Shown here: positions 13,936 to 26,479 of the stretch, piece by piece
Numbering within the stretch: the stretch's first letter is position 1
Layout: each line of letters begins with the position of its first letter
DNA from: Geosiphon pyriformis uo1
Lineage: Eukaryota > Fungi > Glomeromycota
Direction: 5' to 3'
Length of the DNA stretch: 64,000 bases
NCBI GenBank assembly: GCA_016748015.1
Contig: JAAOMT010000009.1
Location: 1,072,459 to 1,136,458, forward strand
The notes under the pieces: generated by a model
What the model saw: only the letters and a program-made list of their open reading frames with translations
Told to the model about the DNA's origin: nothing
The model's database searches: none
Translations under genes and position numbers: made by a program

Positions 13936-14822
13936 TGTTACAGATGATTATTTGGAGTCTCAAATCAAATAACAAATCTGTAACTTGGTGCTCAATATCT
14001 TGACAATGCTGGTAATACTGGTACATTGGTTGTATATGAAGGTTTTAGAGTTGATGAGTCTTTTGTATAATGAACAGAAATTCTTTGTTTAGGTTATTCA
14101 CAGTTTTCTTGTAAGTTGTTTCCCAATTTCTTTCTCAGCTTGGTGGGTGGATTTATTCTGGCATTTGTGCCTTTTTGGTAAGTTATTCATTAATATATAT
14201 ATAATTTTACCCTTATTTCTGGGTCTTTTACCAGGCTATCCATGATGTTAATTACTCAGCACTTTAATCCTTAATCAATTAGTATTTAACAAAAAAAATC
14301 AAAGAAAGCAAGAAATAAAAAAAAATAAAGAAATAAGCCAAGGTGATGTGCAAATTAGTATCTCATCAATAGCTGTGATTAAGAACTATTGTTCCAGCGT
14401 AGTTAAGTATCAATTATTATCAACATGAAGTGTTGATAGTGGAGAGTAAATTTGGATAGTAGATAATTTATTTAATATTTGTGGAAGGAAGATTTCTAAC
14501 TTCTGATTCTGCTCTTTCTACTTTTAATACTACTGCTATATATACATAATTGATGTTCTACAAAATTGCTCATATTCCCAAGTAATGTGCTATGATTTCT
14601 TGAGCAATGCTCATATTGCTGTACAATGTGCTCTAATTTTCTAATATTGCTTCACATTGCTGTACAATGTGCCGTGTTTTCTGATATTACTCCACATTGC
14701 TGAGCAATGTGCCATGATTTTTGATATTGCTCCACATTACTGAGCAATGTGTTTATGTGCTAAATACTATTTTTTTATTGGTCTATTATTTTTTTATATC
14801 TGTTTTTTTTTTATGAGTAACA
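13936..14822 (-). repeat. Element B 3' LTR
   Basis: TGTTACAG...GTAACA; direct repeat of 33499-34384. Confidence 0.93.
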
Positions 14823-14835
14823 TTATCTCCTTCTT

Positions 14836-15472
14836 TTAATATTGAGCTTTGTCGAAATCTTCATTTTGAATTAATTCTAATACTTCTTTTTCAAGTATTA
14901 TTTGTTCGACTTTGTTTCTCACATCTTCTACTTGTGTATTGTTCATTCTTCCCCATTGGTTAATGGTTATTGTTTTTATTTTAGAGTGTAACAGTATTTC
15001 TGGGTTGTTTCAAAATATGTTGTGTAGTTGGTATATTGTTTTAACATGTAGTGTTGAATTTGTTTTCTTTCTGATAAATTCTTCAATTTGTTGTATTATG
15101 TTTTGGTTGAATATTCTCTTGGTTTTTGTTAATATACAACTCCTGAATATTCAACTTTTAACCTAACTGATAGTAACAATATAATATTGGAAGTTGTTCT
15201 GTTTATTGCTTCCAATTCTCTTTTGTAAGTTTTTTTATTGGTGCTATAATAAGTATTTTCCCAAATGTGTTTTTTACTTTTTCTATTATGTTGTCTGATC
15301 AGTTCTTATTATTTTTTGGTAATTGCTGATATGGTGTATTCTTTGTCTTTTTTTTGGTGTTTTGATAGCAAATTGTTTGGTTGTTAACAATAATTTTTAT
15401 GTCTAAAAGTTGTTAACTTAAGACTTGGAACAATTGTTGAGCTATGGCATAAATATAATCTGGTATTTTCAT
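14836..15472 (-). pseudogene. Element B 3' accessory ORF (unknown function)
   Basis: Manual translation MKIPDYIYAIAQQLFQ...IFNQNIIQQIEEFI...KTIYQLH...TITINQWGRMNNTQ...FDKAQY*. Homologous to the ORFs at the same position in C and D. One +1 frameshift. Confidence 0.75.
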
Positions 15473-15531
15473 TTTTTTGGTTGCCTTTGTTGCGTATACT
15501 GTGTCTTTATATATTTTTTTATTGTTTGATT

Positions 15532-16908
15532 TTATGTGTTTGGTCCAATGATTATGATTGGTTCCAAATCTTATGGAATTTTATCTGGTTGAACTAGTAT
15601 TCGTTGTACTTCTAATTGTGGAATGTTATTGGTAGATGATGATGCTATTTGGTAATATAGTTTCAGTCAATCACCATGTACTGCTTTGGCTAAGATTTTG
15701 TTGTCTCATTTTAGTTTATAAGCTCCATTTCCAAGAATTTCTTCTATGTGAAATGGTCCATCCCATTTGGGATTGAATTTTCTACTCCATTGTTTTTCTG
15801 CTTTGATATAATATAAAAGTACTTTGTCTCCAATTTTGAATTCAACTGGTTTATCTGGTAATTGGTCATCGTATTATTCTTTTTGCTTTTCTTGAGACTT
15901 TTGAATGTTATCAGCTGCTTTTTGTCATCTGTTTTCTAGTGTTTCTATTAGGTCATAGGTTTTTCTCAACAATGTTTCTTGGAAATTAGCTTCTGTTATT
16001 GGTTCTATTGGATATGTGCTGATTTTTTTCTCAACTGGTAATGTTGTTGTTCTACCATATACCAATTCAAATGGTGTTGCTTGTGTAGTATTTTGTCTTA
16101 TTGTCCAATAAGCAAATAATATAGATGGTATAAACAAATCTTATTCATTTTGGTTTTCTTGACTGATTTTGGTAATTGCTTCACACAGTGTTCTATTAAA
16201 CCTTTCAACTAGTCCATTTGTTTGTGGATAATATGGTAATGATAATGGTCTTTTTATCTTAAATCTCTGACTTAATTCTGTTAATGTTCTATTTACAAAA
16301 TGAGTTCCTTGATTTGATAGTAGTTCTTTTAGACATCTATATCAACATATTAAATCTTGATGGACGAATTCAGCAATGAATCCTGCATTTGCTCTTTAAA
16401 TGGTTTTTGCTTCTGGCCATTTAGTGAGATAATCCATGGCTACTGCAATATATCTGTTGCCTTTACTGGTGATTGTTAATGGTCCAATTAAGTCAATTCC
16501 AATGCAATCAAATAGTTGTCTTACTTTAATTGGTCTTAATGGTTTACTTGGTCTTGTTCCTTTTCTTCTTTGACAAGCATTACAATTTTGAACATATTGA
16601 ATGATGTTTGGATATATTGATGGCAAATAATATCTTTTTCTGGTTCTTTCTATGGTTGCCTCTTTATAAAAATGTCCTGCTGTTGGATTTAAGTACATGT
16701 TGAATAATATTGTCTCTTTCTCTGGTTTTGTGATTACTCTGATTGGTTGATCTAGATTTCTTCTGTTCTTCTGGTAGAGTATATTTTGATAATTGATAAA
16801 GTATTTTGATTGTTGTTTTATGTTGTTTTGTTTCTCTTGAGATAATTTTTCCTTGAACAATTGAGTATTTATATAATGCTGAAGTTGTTGGTATTTTTGT
16901 GTGTTTAT
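15532..16908 (-). pseudogene. Element B integrase (HHCC-DDE-GPF)
   Basis: PTAGH..CNAC, GIDLIGP, GLVERFNRTL, KWDGPFHI; no chromodomain seen. Confidence 0.9.
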
Positions 16909-16938
16909 CTTTTATTATATTTTTGGGTTGAAATGTTT

Positions 16939-19516
16939 TTAGATTTGTCTTATTCATGACAGTCCGTTGGCATTTCCATTGTCTTTTCTTTTTTTATAAT
17001 GTATTGTATAATTAAATGGTAAAAGTTCTATTTTCCATCTGACATGGTGATTGTCTGCAAATTCTTGTTTCTGGATTGAAGTCAATCCTTTGTGATCAGT
17101 GTACACTTCAAACTTTTGACTCAAGTATTTCTTCCATTTGATGACAGCCCAATAGATAGCTAAGTGTTCTAGTGCTGGAGTTCTATAGTTCTTCTCAGCT
17201 GGACTTAAGCTTCTACTGGTGTAAGCTACTAGATGTTCTTTTCCATCTAATTCTTTCTGTAATAGTACTGCTCCCAATGCTTGACCTGATGCATCAGTGG
17301 TAATTATGAATGGTTTGCTGTGATCTGGATACATCAATACTGGAGCTTGGATAAGCTTTCTTCTTAATGTGTCAAATGCTTCTTGTTGAGCTTTGGTCCA
17401 TTCATACTTTACATTCTTGGTTTGTAGATGGTGAAGTGGCTGAGCCAGTTTTGAAAAATCTTTGATAAAATGGCAATAATAGCCTATAAAACCTAAAAAT
17501 ACTCTTAGTTCTGTCAAGTTGGTTAGTACTAGAAAGTTCTTAACTACTTTAATCTTGTCTGGATCTGTTTTGATTCCATCTTTGCTTACTACATGTTTCA
17601 AAAACTTGAGTTTAGTTTTTCCAAAGAAACATTTGGTTGCATTTAGTTTCAATTCTGCTCTTCTCAAATTTTCAAACACTTGTTGGAGATGATGCAAATG
17701 ATCATCAAATGTTTTTAAGAACACATTGGTGTTATCCAAGTATATAACTACTGATTTCCATAGTAATCCAGTATAGACAATTTCCATAAGCCATTGGAAT
17801 GTTGCTGGAGCATTTATCAAGCCAAATAGCATGACTTCAAACTCAAAATTTTCTTCTCTTGTAGTGAACACTGTTTTTTCTTTGTTGGCTAGATCCATGG
17901 CTACTTGCCAGTAACTACTATCTAAATCTAGTGTTGAAAACCATTTATTTTCTCCAAAAGCATTAAATAGTTTTTGGATCTTTGAAGTTAGATAGCTATC
18001 ACTTTTTGTTACTCTATTCAGTTTTTGGTAGTCTACACAAAAGTGGATTTTCCCATTTTTTTTATGGACCAGTACCACTGGTGATGACCATGGATTCATT
18101 GATGGCTGAATTAGCCTATTGTTAAGCATTTGGTTAATTTCTTGACAAATGATCTTATGGCTAACTGGTAGTACTCTGTATGCTCTTTGTTTAATTGACA
18201 TTGCATCTCCAGTCTTGATCTGATGCTGGATAATATTGGTTTGGCCAAATTCGTTTTCATTGGCAAAAATGTTATTGAAATTGTTGAGTAACATCTTGAA
18301 TTGCATCTGTTGAAGTGGATCTAGATTTTCCATGTTTATTTGTTCTAATTGTTCTGGTTGGAGCAGATAACATTCACTTCTTCCATAGATGGTTTGTAAT
18401 GTAATGTCCACATATCCACAAAGCTGTAGAAAATCTGGAATGTGGTTTGGTGGTTGATCCTCAACTTCGGTGGTTAAATATCCAATAATGGTTCCCTTTG
18501 GTATTTCGATGACACTTTCAATTGTGTTATAGATGAGAATTTTTATATTTTTGGGGCTTTTGGCTGATATGTAGAGATTAGTGAGTCCAATCTCTCCTGA
18601 TTTACAAATAGTGGCTTCTGCTTCAAACAATTGAGCTTGATCTCTTATTTCTTTTTTTATGGCTAACATATACTAGTCATATAGTGAAATGAAAATTGTT
18701 TAACAGGTTGAAATAATTTCTCCTTTGTTAACAATTTTTTCCTCTGCCATATTAACTGGTATATCTATTCTACTCATTGATTCAAATCCCTGTATTCCTT
18801 TTGTTGTTATACCTAATTTTTTTTTTCCCACTGAAACTAACTGGGCTATCTTTACCAGAGGTAAAAATATTGCCTGTGTTATTTTTTTATTTGGTTCTAT
18901 AATATAGGTCTTTTCTGAGTCATTTTATAGCATAGCAATGATATTTCTTACGTATTCTGTATCAATTATTCCTTCTCTGATGTTGATTTTTTTTTTCACT
19001 AAACTACTCCTAAATACTAATTAAATCATAGTTGTTGCTAAAATTTTCAGAGCTATTTTGAGATCAATATATGTGCACAAATTTGGTTCCAATTTGATGG
19101 CTTCTTTTCCCGAATATCTCAGATCAAATCCTGCATCAGTATTATATGCACGTTCTGGCATGATACTTTTGCCATTATTGCTGAACCATCTAAGTTCTTG
19201 TTCCTTGGTGAGATCAGGAAATGTGATATATTGTTTATAGTTTGAATCAGAGTTTGAATTTGAGTACCAATCATCGCCATTGTTATTACCATATTGAATA
19301 GAGCTGAAACCAGTGTTTTTGTTGTTATCATTATCGGAGTTTGAATCAGAATTGAATGTTGATTCCAATTCAGATATGCAGCTGCTGATTGGTTTTTTTT
19401 CCTCTGAAATTGTGTAGATCATGTGTGGTGGTGGATTGTAAATGAGATCACACTCATTACAATATTGAAAGTCATATGAAATTAAATAGTGGTCACATAG
19501 TTGAGTGTTTAACCAT
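16939..19516 (-). pseudogene. Element B polyprotein, 3' part: dUTPase, RT, RNase H
   Basis: DAGFDLRY (dUTPase motif 1); PWSSPVVLV, FCVDYQKLN, YLDN (from YLDD); TDASGQALGAVL, YTDHKGL. Confidence 0.93.
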
Positions 19517-20178
19517 TGTTACCTAAGTAGAAAAACCAATCCAAAATTATGAAGAAACGTGACCAAAAATGTGACATAACACAGAATAACACGCAATAAC
19601 GTTGGATAATGCATTATAACATTAGATAATGTGTTATAATGCAGGATAACACAGAATAGCACACAATAACATATGATAATGTGTTATAATGCAGGATAAC
19701 ACAGAATAACATGTAATAACATCAGATAACATGTTATAACATAGGATAACTAGCAATAATGTAGAAAAATGAAGCAATAACAGAAACAACAAAGCAATAG
19801 CTAGTGATAGCAAGACAATTAAAAGCAATCCTGTAAAACCAAAAGAATGTATAAAAGCAAGTAGTTGTAGAAGTGAGAAAAGAGAGAGAAGAAAAAAATA
19901 GATATGAATCTCTAGACCAGAAATTAAAATATCCATACACCTTTATCCTTTATTATCTTTCCTATTTCATCTCCAGAAATAAATCAATTATTAAAAGAAA
20001 TCAGAATTGCGAATTCATGTTCTCGAACTTTCATGAAATTTACGTGAATTAACCCTTGTCTCGTACCTCCATTCTAGAACAGATGCTCTTAGCATAATCG
20101 CCTCAAACCTATTAACAATTTAGACTAATCAATCTTAATCATGGCGATTAATGATACTAATTTATTTTTTCTCTCTTT

Positions 20179-20225
<47 letters not shown>

Positions 20226-20632
20226 CTTTTTTTGTCTTAATTTTTTGTGGAGCGGCAACATAGTAAAATTGACTGTCTGGAAATAGACTTCGTGATAGCC
20301 TGGTAAAAGAGAGAAGCTCCCCCTAAGTTTTGGATATTAACATTATCTTGTTAGCTTACCAGAAGGACGAAAAGACAATGCCAGACCCTAACAACTGTGC
20401 TCGTTAGCTCAGAGAAGAAAGCTCACATTTACGAAAAATGTTGCAATTGACGAAAGACAAACTCTATGCCTTATAACCAAAGAACTCAATGGGTAAAATT
20501 CACATCCAGGAATAGACCTTCAGAGACTGATAATTAAGACTAAGCCAACAGAATTATGTGGAAGATGCATCGTCAATAATTGAGAGCACCAAACGTTACC
20601 ATTTTCCATACTCGCCAAGTTTATCCATAACA
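19517..20632 (+). repeat. Element C 5' LTR
   Basis: TGTTACC...TAACA; CCAAT, ATAAC array, TATAAAAG, AATAAA and a poly-T tract. Confidence 0.95.
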
Positions 20633-20634
20633 TT

Positions 20635-20651
20635 TGGTGCTTCCTGTGAAG
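20635..20651 (+). promoter_or_regulatory. Primer-binding site of C (TGGTGCTTCCTGTGAAG)
   Basis: TGG begins 2 nt after the LTR end; related sequence in A, B and D. Complement of a tRNA 3' end ...CACAGRRAGCACCA; elongator tRNA-Met is a candidate, unverified. Confidence 0.8.
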
Positions 20652-20694
20652 TTATAAATCCACAGAGACAGAGCACCCCCAAAAATACATAAAA

Positions 20695-23600
20695 GTGGCG
20701 ACTATTGGAACAATAGGAAAGGACCACTCCTCGTACAGAAAAGCACTATTTTAATACTTTCGAAAAGACCTAAGAATACCAGCAGGAACCGCTTACGCAG
20801 AAAGTAATTTTTGTAACTATATCAACACAAAAATCGACTGCTTGTTAGGCTACGCAACTGATACAGGAAGACTTGGAGAACAAATCCATCAAAGCTTACT
20901 AGGGTACTCAACAGCCACGACTACCTGAGCAATCACTGAAACTCTGCACATAATCAATACAGACATTAAATATTATGTGGCACAACAATTCCCTCAAGTA
21001 CAACAACCAGTGGAATCCGACCCTGAGGAATACGAAAACGAATCCAACAACCCTGTAACTGCCCAAACCAAGTCTATGGTCAACAAGAAACCAAGGGTCC
21101 TCTTCCCAACAACTCCATCATACCATCAGACACCCCAAAATAGAATTGTATTCAACCCACCTCCGGAAACCCAGTTAGAAACACCACGAATTCTTGGAAA
21201 TCCACACCCTTGGAATCAACACAGTTGGACCAAATCACTAGGAGAATACGGATCACTGTTTGGAAATCTTACCCCAGCAGCCGGTCAAACAGAAGGAAAC
21301 CCGTCAACTTGGAAACAGCCACCAGCACAAAACTTAGCAGAATCAGCATCTCCCCTGATGGAAGAAACAGCTATCTTACAACCTATTGGTTCAAGCGACA
21401 AAGGAAAGCAACCAGCATTAGCACCCAGAGAACACTCGAATATGCAGACACCAATCTCTTTAAACATAACCAGTAACACCCCACCCATTAACCGGATTAT
21501 GGCTTACTGGGATATTGCTAAATTGGAAAAATTCTCTAGTGAAAAAGATAATGCATATTTTTGGATCACAGATGCTGAGAAAGCAATTGCTGCTAACAGT
21601 TGGAATGACGACTGCACAGTTTAGGCACTGCCATTCTTTCTGACCGGAACTGCCGATTCGTGGTACCAGAGTCTGGCAGAGAAGCCTACCTTCTTTACCG
21701 AGTTTAAACTCGCATTTCTGCAATACTTCTGTGACCCCAATATGTTAATCTGATTGCAGAATCAATTCAGCATAATTAAACAAAAAGATCATGAAGCCAT
21801 AACTACTTATTTTGGACAATTTAATCAAATTCTGTGTTAAATATTAGCTATCAAAAAGGACTACTATACTGCAGTGCAAGTTCTTAATCAATTCATTAAA
21901 AAATTGTGGAGTAGTATTCTAAGATCTGTAAGACTCCACCATCCGACCAGTTTACAAGACACTGTCACTCTTGCTCATGATTTTGAGTCTGCAGAACAAG
22001 AAGCAAATCATACCCAAGCCGTTAATTTAGCCATTAATGGAACCTCTGACATCAATGCAAAGATAACCCAATTGAGTGAGAAACTAACTCAGAAAATTAA
22101 GAGATTCTTAGCCAGAACTACAGGAACTTACCAACCACCTCAACGAAGAGAAAATAACAACAACAGTAGATACCCACAGCAACAGCAACAACCTTGGAGA
22201 TCCAATCCTTGTAACTGCTACTACTGCCAGAAACCTGGACATATTGCTCATGACTGCAGAAGGAAGATCATGAACCAAAATCAAGAAAACCCATACCAGC
22301 AACCCAGATATCAGCAAAACATAGTACCCCAATATTCCATACCTCAGAATTAACTGCTCCTATATGCACAACAAATTCCGTACACTCAACCACCACCCCA
22401 GAATTATTATCAACCACCACCAATGACACAAGCAATCCCTCACTATCAAACTTCCCCTTACAGTCCGTCCAGACCATGAGCTATAGACTATAATCAAGGA
22501 TGAAAGAATCCCAACAACAATCAGATGCAAACCAACAGTGGACCATCTCGACCAATTCCTTGCAGTCCTGCCCAATCTCGACCAACACCAACTGGATACC
22601 CGAATCAAGCTTCCTATCTCAGTCTTATGGAAAACCAGGGTTTTGATAAATCTACACCTGTGGAAGGGGGGGATATAGAACAAATCTCCCAACCTTCCAA
22701 GCAAACAAAAAGCAATATCCTACCAGCCACTATTACTGAAGACATCACTCTAGCCACCATATTTTCTTTTGACATCAATAATTTGAACACACATAGCCTT
22801 TTTAGTGGAGCAGTCATCAATCAGGATAAACCAATAACGGCCCTATACACCGATGCCAGAGTCAGAGGAATAGACATTAAATTAATCCTGGATAGCGGAT
22901 CAGCCGGTAGCATAATCACGAAGCAGCTCATGGACCAACTAGGTCGCCGAGTAGACTGTACTGCTACTGTTCAGATCATTACAGCAGATGGGAACACAAA
23001 AACCCCAATAGGAGAAATTGACAACTTCCCCTTCAAGATTAATGGAATCCAAATCCCTACCAAAGTACTCATCATGAAAGCTACTCAATATCAAGCTCTA
23101 GTAGGAAACGACTGGTTGTCAAAAGCCAACGCTACTCTCGACTAGAACACCCAAAAACTTCAACTCACGTTCAACGGACAGCATGCCTGAGTTCCAGCTA
23201 CATGCGGACACTTTAAAAACCAACGTATCGAAGAACCCCTTATTGAATTCAAAAACATATCAATACCACCAACCATCAAGACCTATCAGGTTTCATGGGC
23301 AGATAATTATCGAACTGAACTACCCCCACCACCAACCTGGAAAGAAAAAGGAAAAGGCAGAGCCAAAGAAGAACCCCAATCATCATCACTAGGATATGTA
23401 ATCTCAGACCAAAGAAACTTATTTTACCAACCCCCAAGACTAATATGTGTCGATTGTGAAAAAAAACTATCCACTATGGGCACATGTATCAGGAACAATG
23501 AAGAATGGCCCACTACCACCAAATACTATTGCAGGCCTTGTTTACTGAAAAGATTTGGACAACCAAAACAACAAGGCAAGTGGAACCACATGCCGTGCCT

Positions 23601-26469
23601 TGTATGTGGCAAAATCCTGCCAGATAAAGGACTCTGGAATGATGTGCCTGGCAGAAGAGAAACATGCAATGAGACTTGTCAATACATCATATTAATCAAC
23701 AATTGGGTATGAAAGGGAACCCCTATCAAGAATGCTTGGAAATGAGCATTCAACAGGCTAGATAGTTATCCACACAATGACCACGAAATCTGGAGAATGG
23801 CAAATGCCAAGGCCGAAAGTGCCATGCCCGAAGAAATACGAGAAATTAAGGACAACTCTTGGATGCCCAAATATACTGGACCCGACTACCCCAAGGATGA
23901 TTTCTTCACAGATGACCCAGATGCATTTCAGAACCGATATCAGGAATTGGCCCCAACTTGTGAGGAACAGGAGCAAAGGTTGGCTGATTTGAATACCAAA
24001 CTATGTGATCACTGTTTGATCTCCTATCACTTCCAGTACTGCGATGAATGTAATCTCATGTTCAATCTACCTCCAAGAATACTGTTTCCAATCACCAAAC
24101 TACCTGAACCCAAAGAAGAGGTATTGATCACTGAGGACATGTTGTTTCAAGATCCAACTGAGGATACTGAAACAGAATAGTATCTTGCATATCCCGACCT
24201 ATCCAAAGAATTAGAGCTAAAATGGTATAGTGACAATAAGGAAGAAATCTGCTTCAAAAAAGCGCATAACACCAATGCCGGTTTTGATCTACAATACTCT
24301 GGACAATCACCCATTATTATAGCCCCACATTCCCTCGTAAAAATAGATCTTAAGATAGCATTAGAAATTCCTGTTAGTACAATAGTACAAGTTGCCTTTT
24401 GATCTAGTCTAGCCAAAAAAGGAATCAACATAAAAGGAGGAATCATCAATGCTGGTTACACGGAAAACATCATCGTGATGTTACAGAACAATTCAAACAG
24501 ACCCTACAAAATAGAATCACAAGAAAAGATTGCCCAAACTATCTTCCTATCCCTAGTCAAAATACCCCAATTAACCCCGGTAACAATCCGAGAAGAGTTA
24601 GGCCTCACTGCTCAAGGAATCAATGGGTTTGAATTAAGTGGAAGAGGAAACATACTAATTAATTTTACGGAGGAAGACAGTGACCAAGTAGAATTTATCC
24701 ATACTGACACCATCATTTCTATTCCCCCATACTGACAATACATTCTCAAGGTGAATCGAAAGATCCAAGATCAAGCCCTATTATTCAAAGCCAGTCCCAA
24801 AATCTGTTCTTTAGCCGATGTTGCTAATCTATACCTACTGGCCAAAGTCCATAAACACTTCAAAATCCCCATCCACAACTCAACAGAAGATGTTATTGAA
24901 ATCCCTGAAGGGACCCTCATTGGTTTTATATCTGCAGATAGTCAGAATTCTGAAAAACCCCAGTCCATTCCAGATTTTGCACAATTATTCTTATTCTGTG
25001 ACATTACCTTACAAGTATGGAATTTGCCAAAAAAAAGTTACTTGTTTACACCAGAAGAGATCAATAAATTGAATTTATGAAATTTAAGTACTCTGCAACA
25101 AATGCAACTCAAAGTCTTTCTGAATCAGTATGCCGATGTCTTTGCCAGCGAAAATAAGTTTGGACACACCGACATCATAAAGCATCAGATTGATACAGGA
25201 GATGCTCGACCAATTAAGCAATGAGCTTACTGCGTACCCCCATCTGGCGATAACCTAATTAAGCAAGAAGTGCAACAGATGCTTGATAACAGCTTAATCA
25301 AAGAATTGTTAAGCTCTTGGTCCTTGCCAGTAGTCTTGGTCACCAAGAAAAACAGAAAAGTGCGATTCTGCATAGATTATTGAAAACTAAATAGCATCAC
25401 ATGAGGAGATAGTTATCCTACTCCCCTCATCCAGGAAATTCTGAACAATCTAGGGAAAAAGAAATGGTTCTTGTCATTAGATTTAGCAAGTGGTTACTGG
25501 CAAGTTGAAATGGACTCCAAAGACAAAGGAAAAACAGCATTTACCACTCAAGATGGAAACTTCGAGTTTAATGTAATGCCTTTTAGACTTTGTAATGCTC
25601 TTGCCATGTTTCAACACCTGATAGATGTAGTATACAAAGGAATCCTTTGGAAATCAATAGTAGTCTACCTAGATAACACAAACGTGTTCTCCGAAACATT
25701 TGAAGACCATCTGCTCCATCTGCAACAAGTCTTCAAATGCTTTCATAGTGCTGGATTGAAACTCAATCCCGAGAAGTGCTTCTTTGGAAAAACCGAATTA
25801 AAATTTCTAGAACATGTAATCGGCAAGGACAGAGTTAAACCCAATCCAGATAAAGTACAAAAAGTCAAGGATTTTCCAGCCCCAATCAACCTTAGAGAAT
25901 TATGAAGATTTCTAGGATTAGCAGGATATTATCATCAATTTGTCAAAGGTTTCTCGAACATCACAAAACCACTTCATTAATTGTTGTCCAAATATGTACC
26001 GTACTTGTAGAAGGAAGATCAACAGAAAGCATTCGACTATCTTAAGCAGCGATTGATCACATCCCCAATCTTAATTTATCCAGATTTCACTAAATAGTTC
26101 ATTGTTGCTACGGATGCCTTAAAAAATGCTTTAGGAGCAGTCTTATCACAGATAGGACTGGACAATAGAGAACATCCAGTTGCCTACACTAGTCGCAGCA
26201 CTAGTCCAACAGAAAAGAATTATAGCACAACAGATCTGGAATGTCTCACCATTTATTGGGCCATACAGACTTGGAAACATTACCTCAGTTAACCATTTAA
26301 CCTATATACCGACCACAAAGAACTTATTTGGTTACTCAACAATCCACAACTAGAAAAAAAATATGCGAGATGGAGTACTTATCTGTAACAATTCCCACTC
26401 AAAGTCCATTACAAGGAAGGATCCAAGAACACCAATGCTGACAGTTTGTTGAGGATGCCACAAACTTAA
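20695..26469 (+). pseudogene. Element C single gag-PR-Cys-rich-dUTPase-RT-RNase H polyprotein (1924 codons)
   Basis: The ORF-track pieces at 20977, 21874, 22525, 23476, 23797, 24475, 24751 and 25471 are all in frame with GTG 20695. Motifs CYYCQKPGHIAHDC, LILDSGSAGS, AGFDL, YLDN, YTDH. Confidence 0.93.
24220..24645 (+). pseudogene. dUTPase domain of element C
   Basis: Five trimeric-dUTPase motifs in order: AGFDL, (R)SSLA, GIINAGYT, EKIAQ, QGINGFELSG. Equivalents in B (~18770-19190) and D (~49975-50390). Confidence 0.9.
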
Positions 26470-26479
26470 TCCCAGACCC

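Noticed and set aside
14570-14755. CRISPR-like palindromic repeats
   Set aside because: The spacers are themselves repeated, the array is duplicated in both LTRs of B, and there are no cas genes.
15117-15178. Programmed +1 frameshift in the 3' ORF (B and D shift in the same interval)
   Set aside because: C is in frame there. B is 1 nt longer (A-run) and D 11 nt shorter, which fits independent indels.
19634-19940. Hydrophobic antisense ORFs in C LTRs (also 28793-29105) as membrane proteins
   Set aside because: They are a by-product of A-rich ATAAC repeats, with no homolog in other LTR families.
20181-20231. Long poly-T as a retroposed poly(A) tail
   Set aside because: It corresponds to the (T)nC tract of the partner LTR (29333-29372) and reflects slippage or C>T change.
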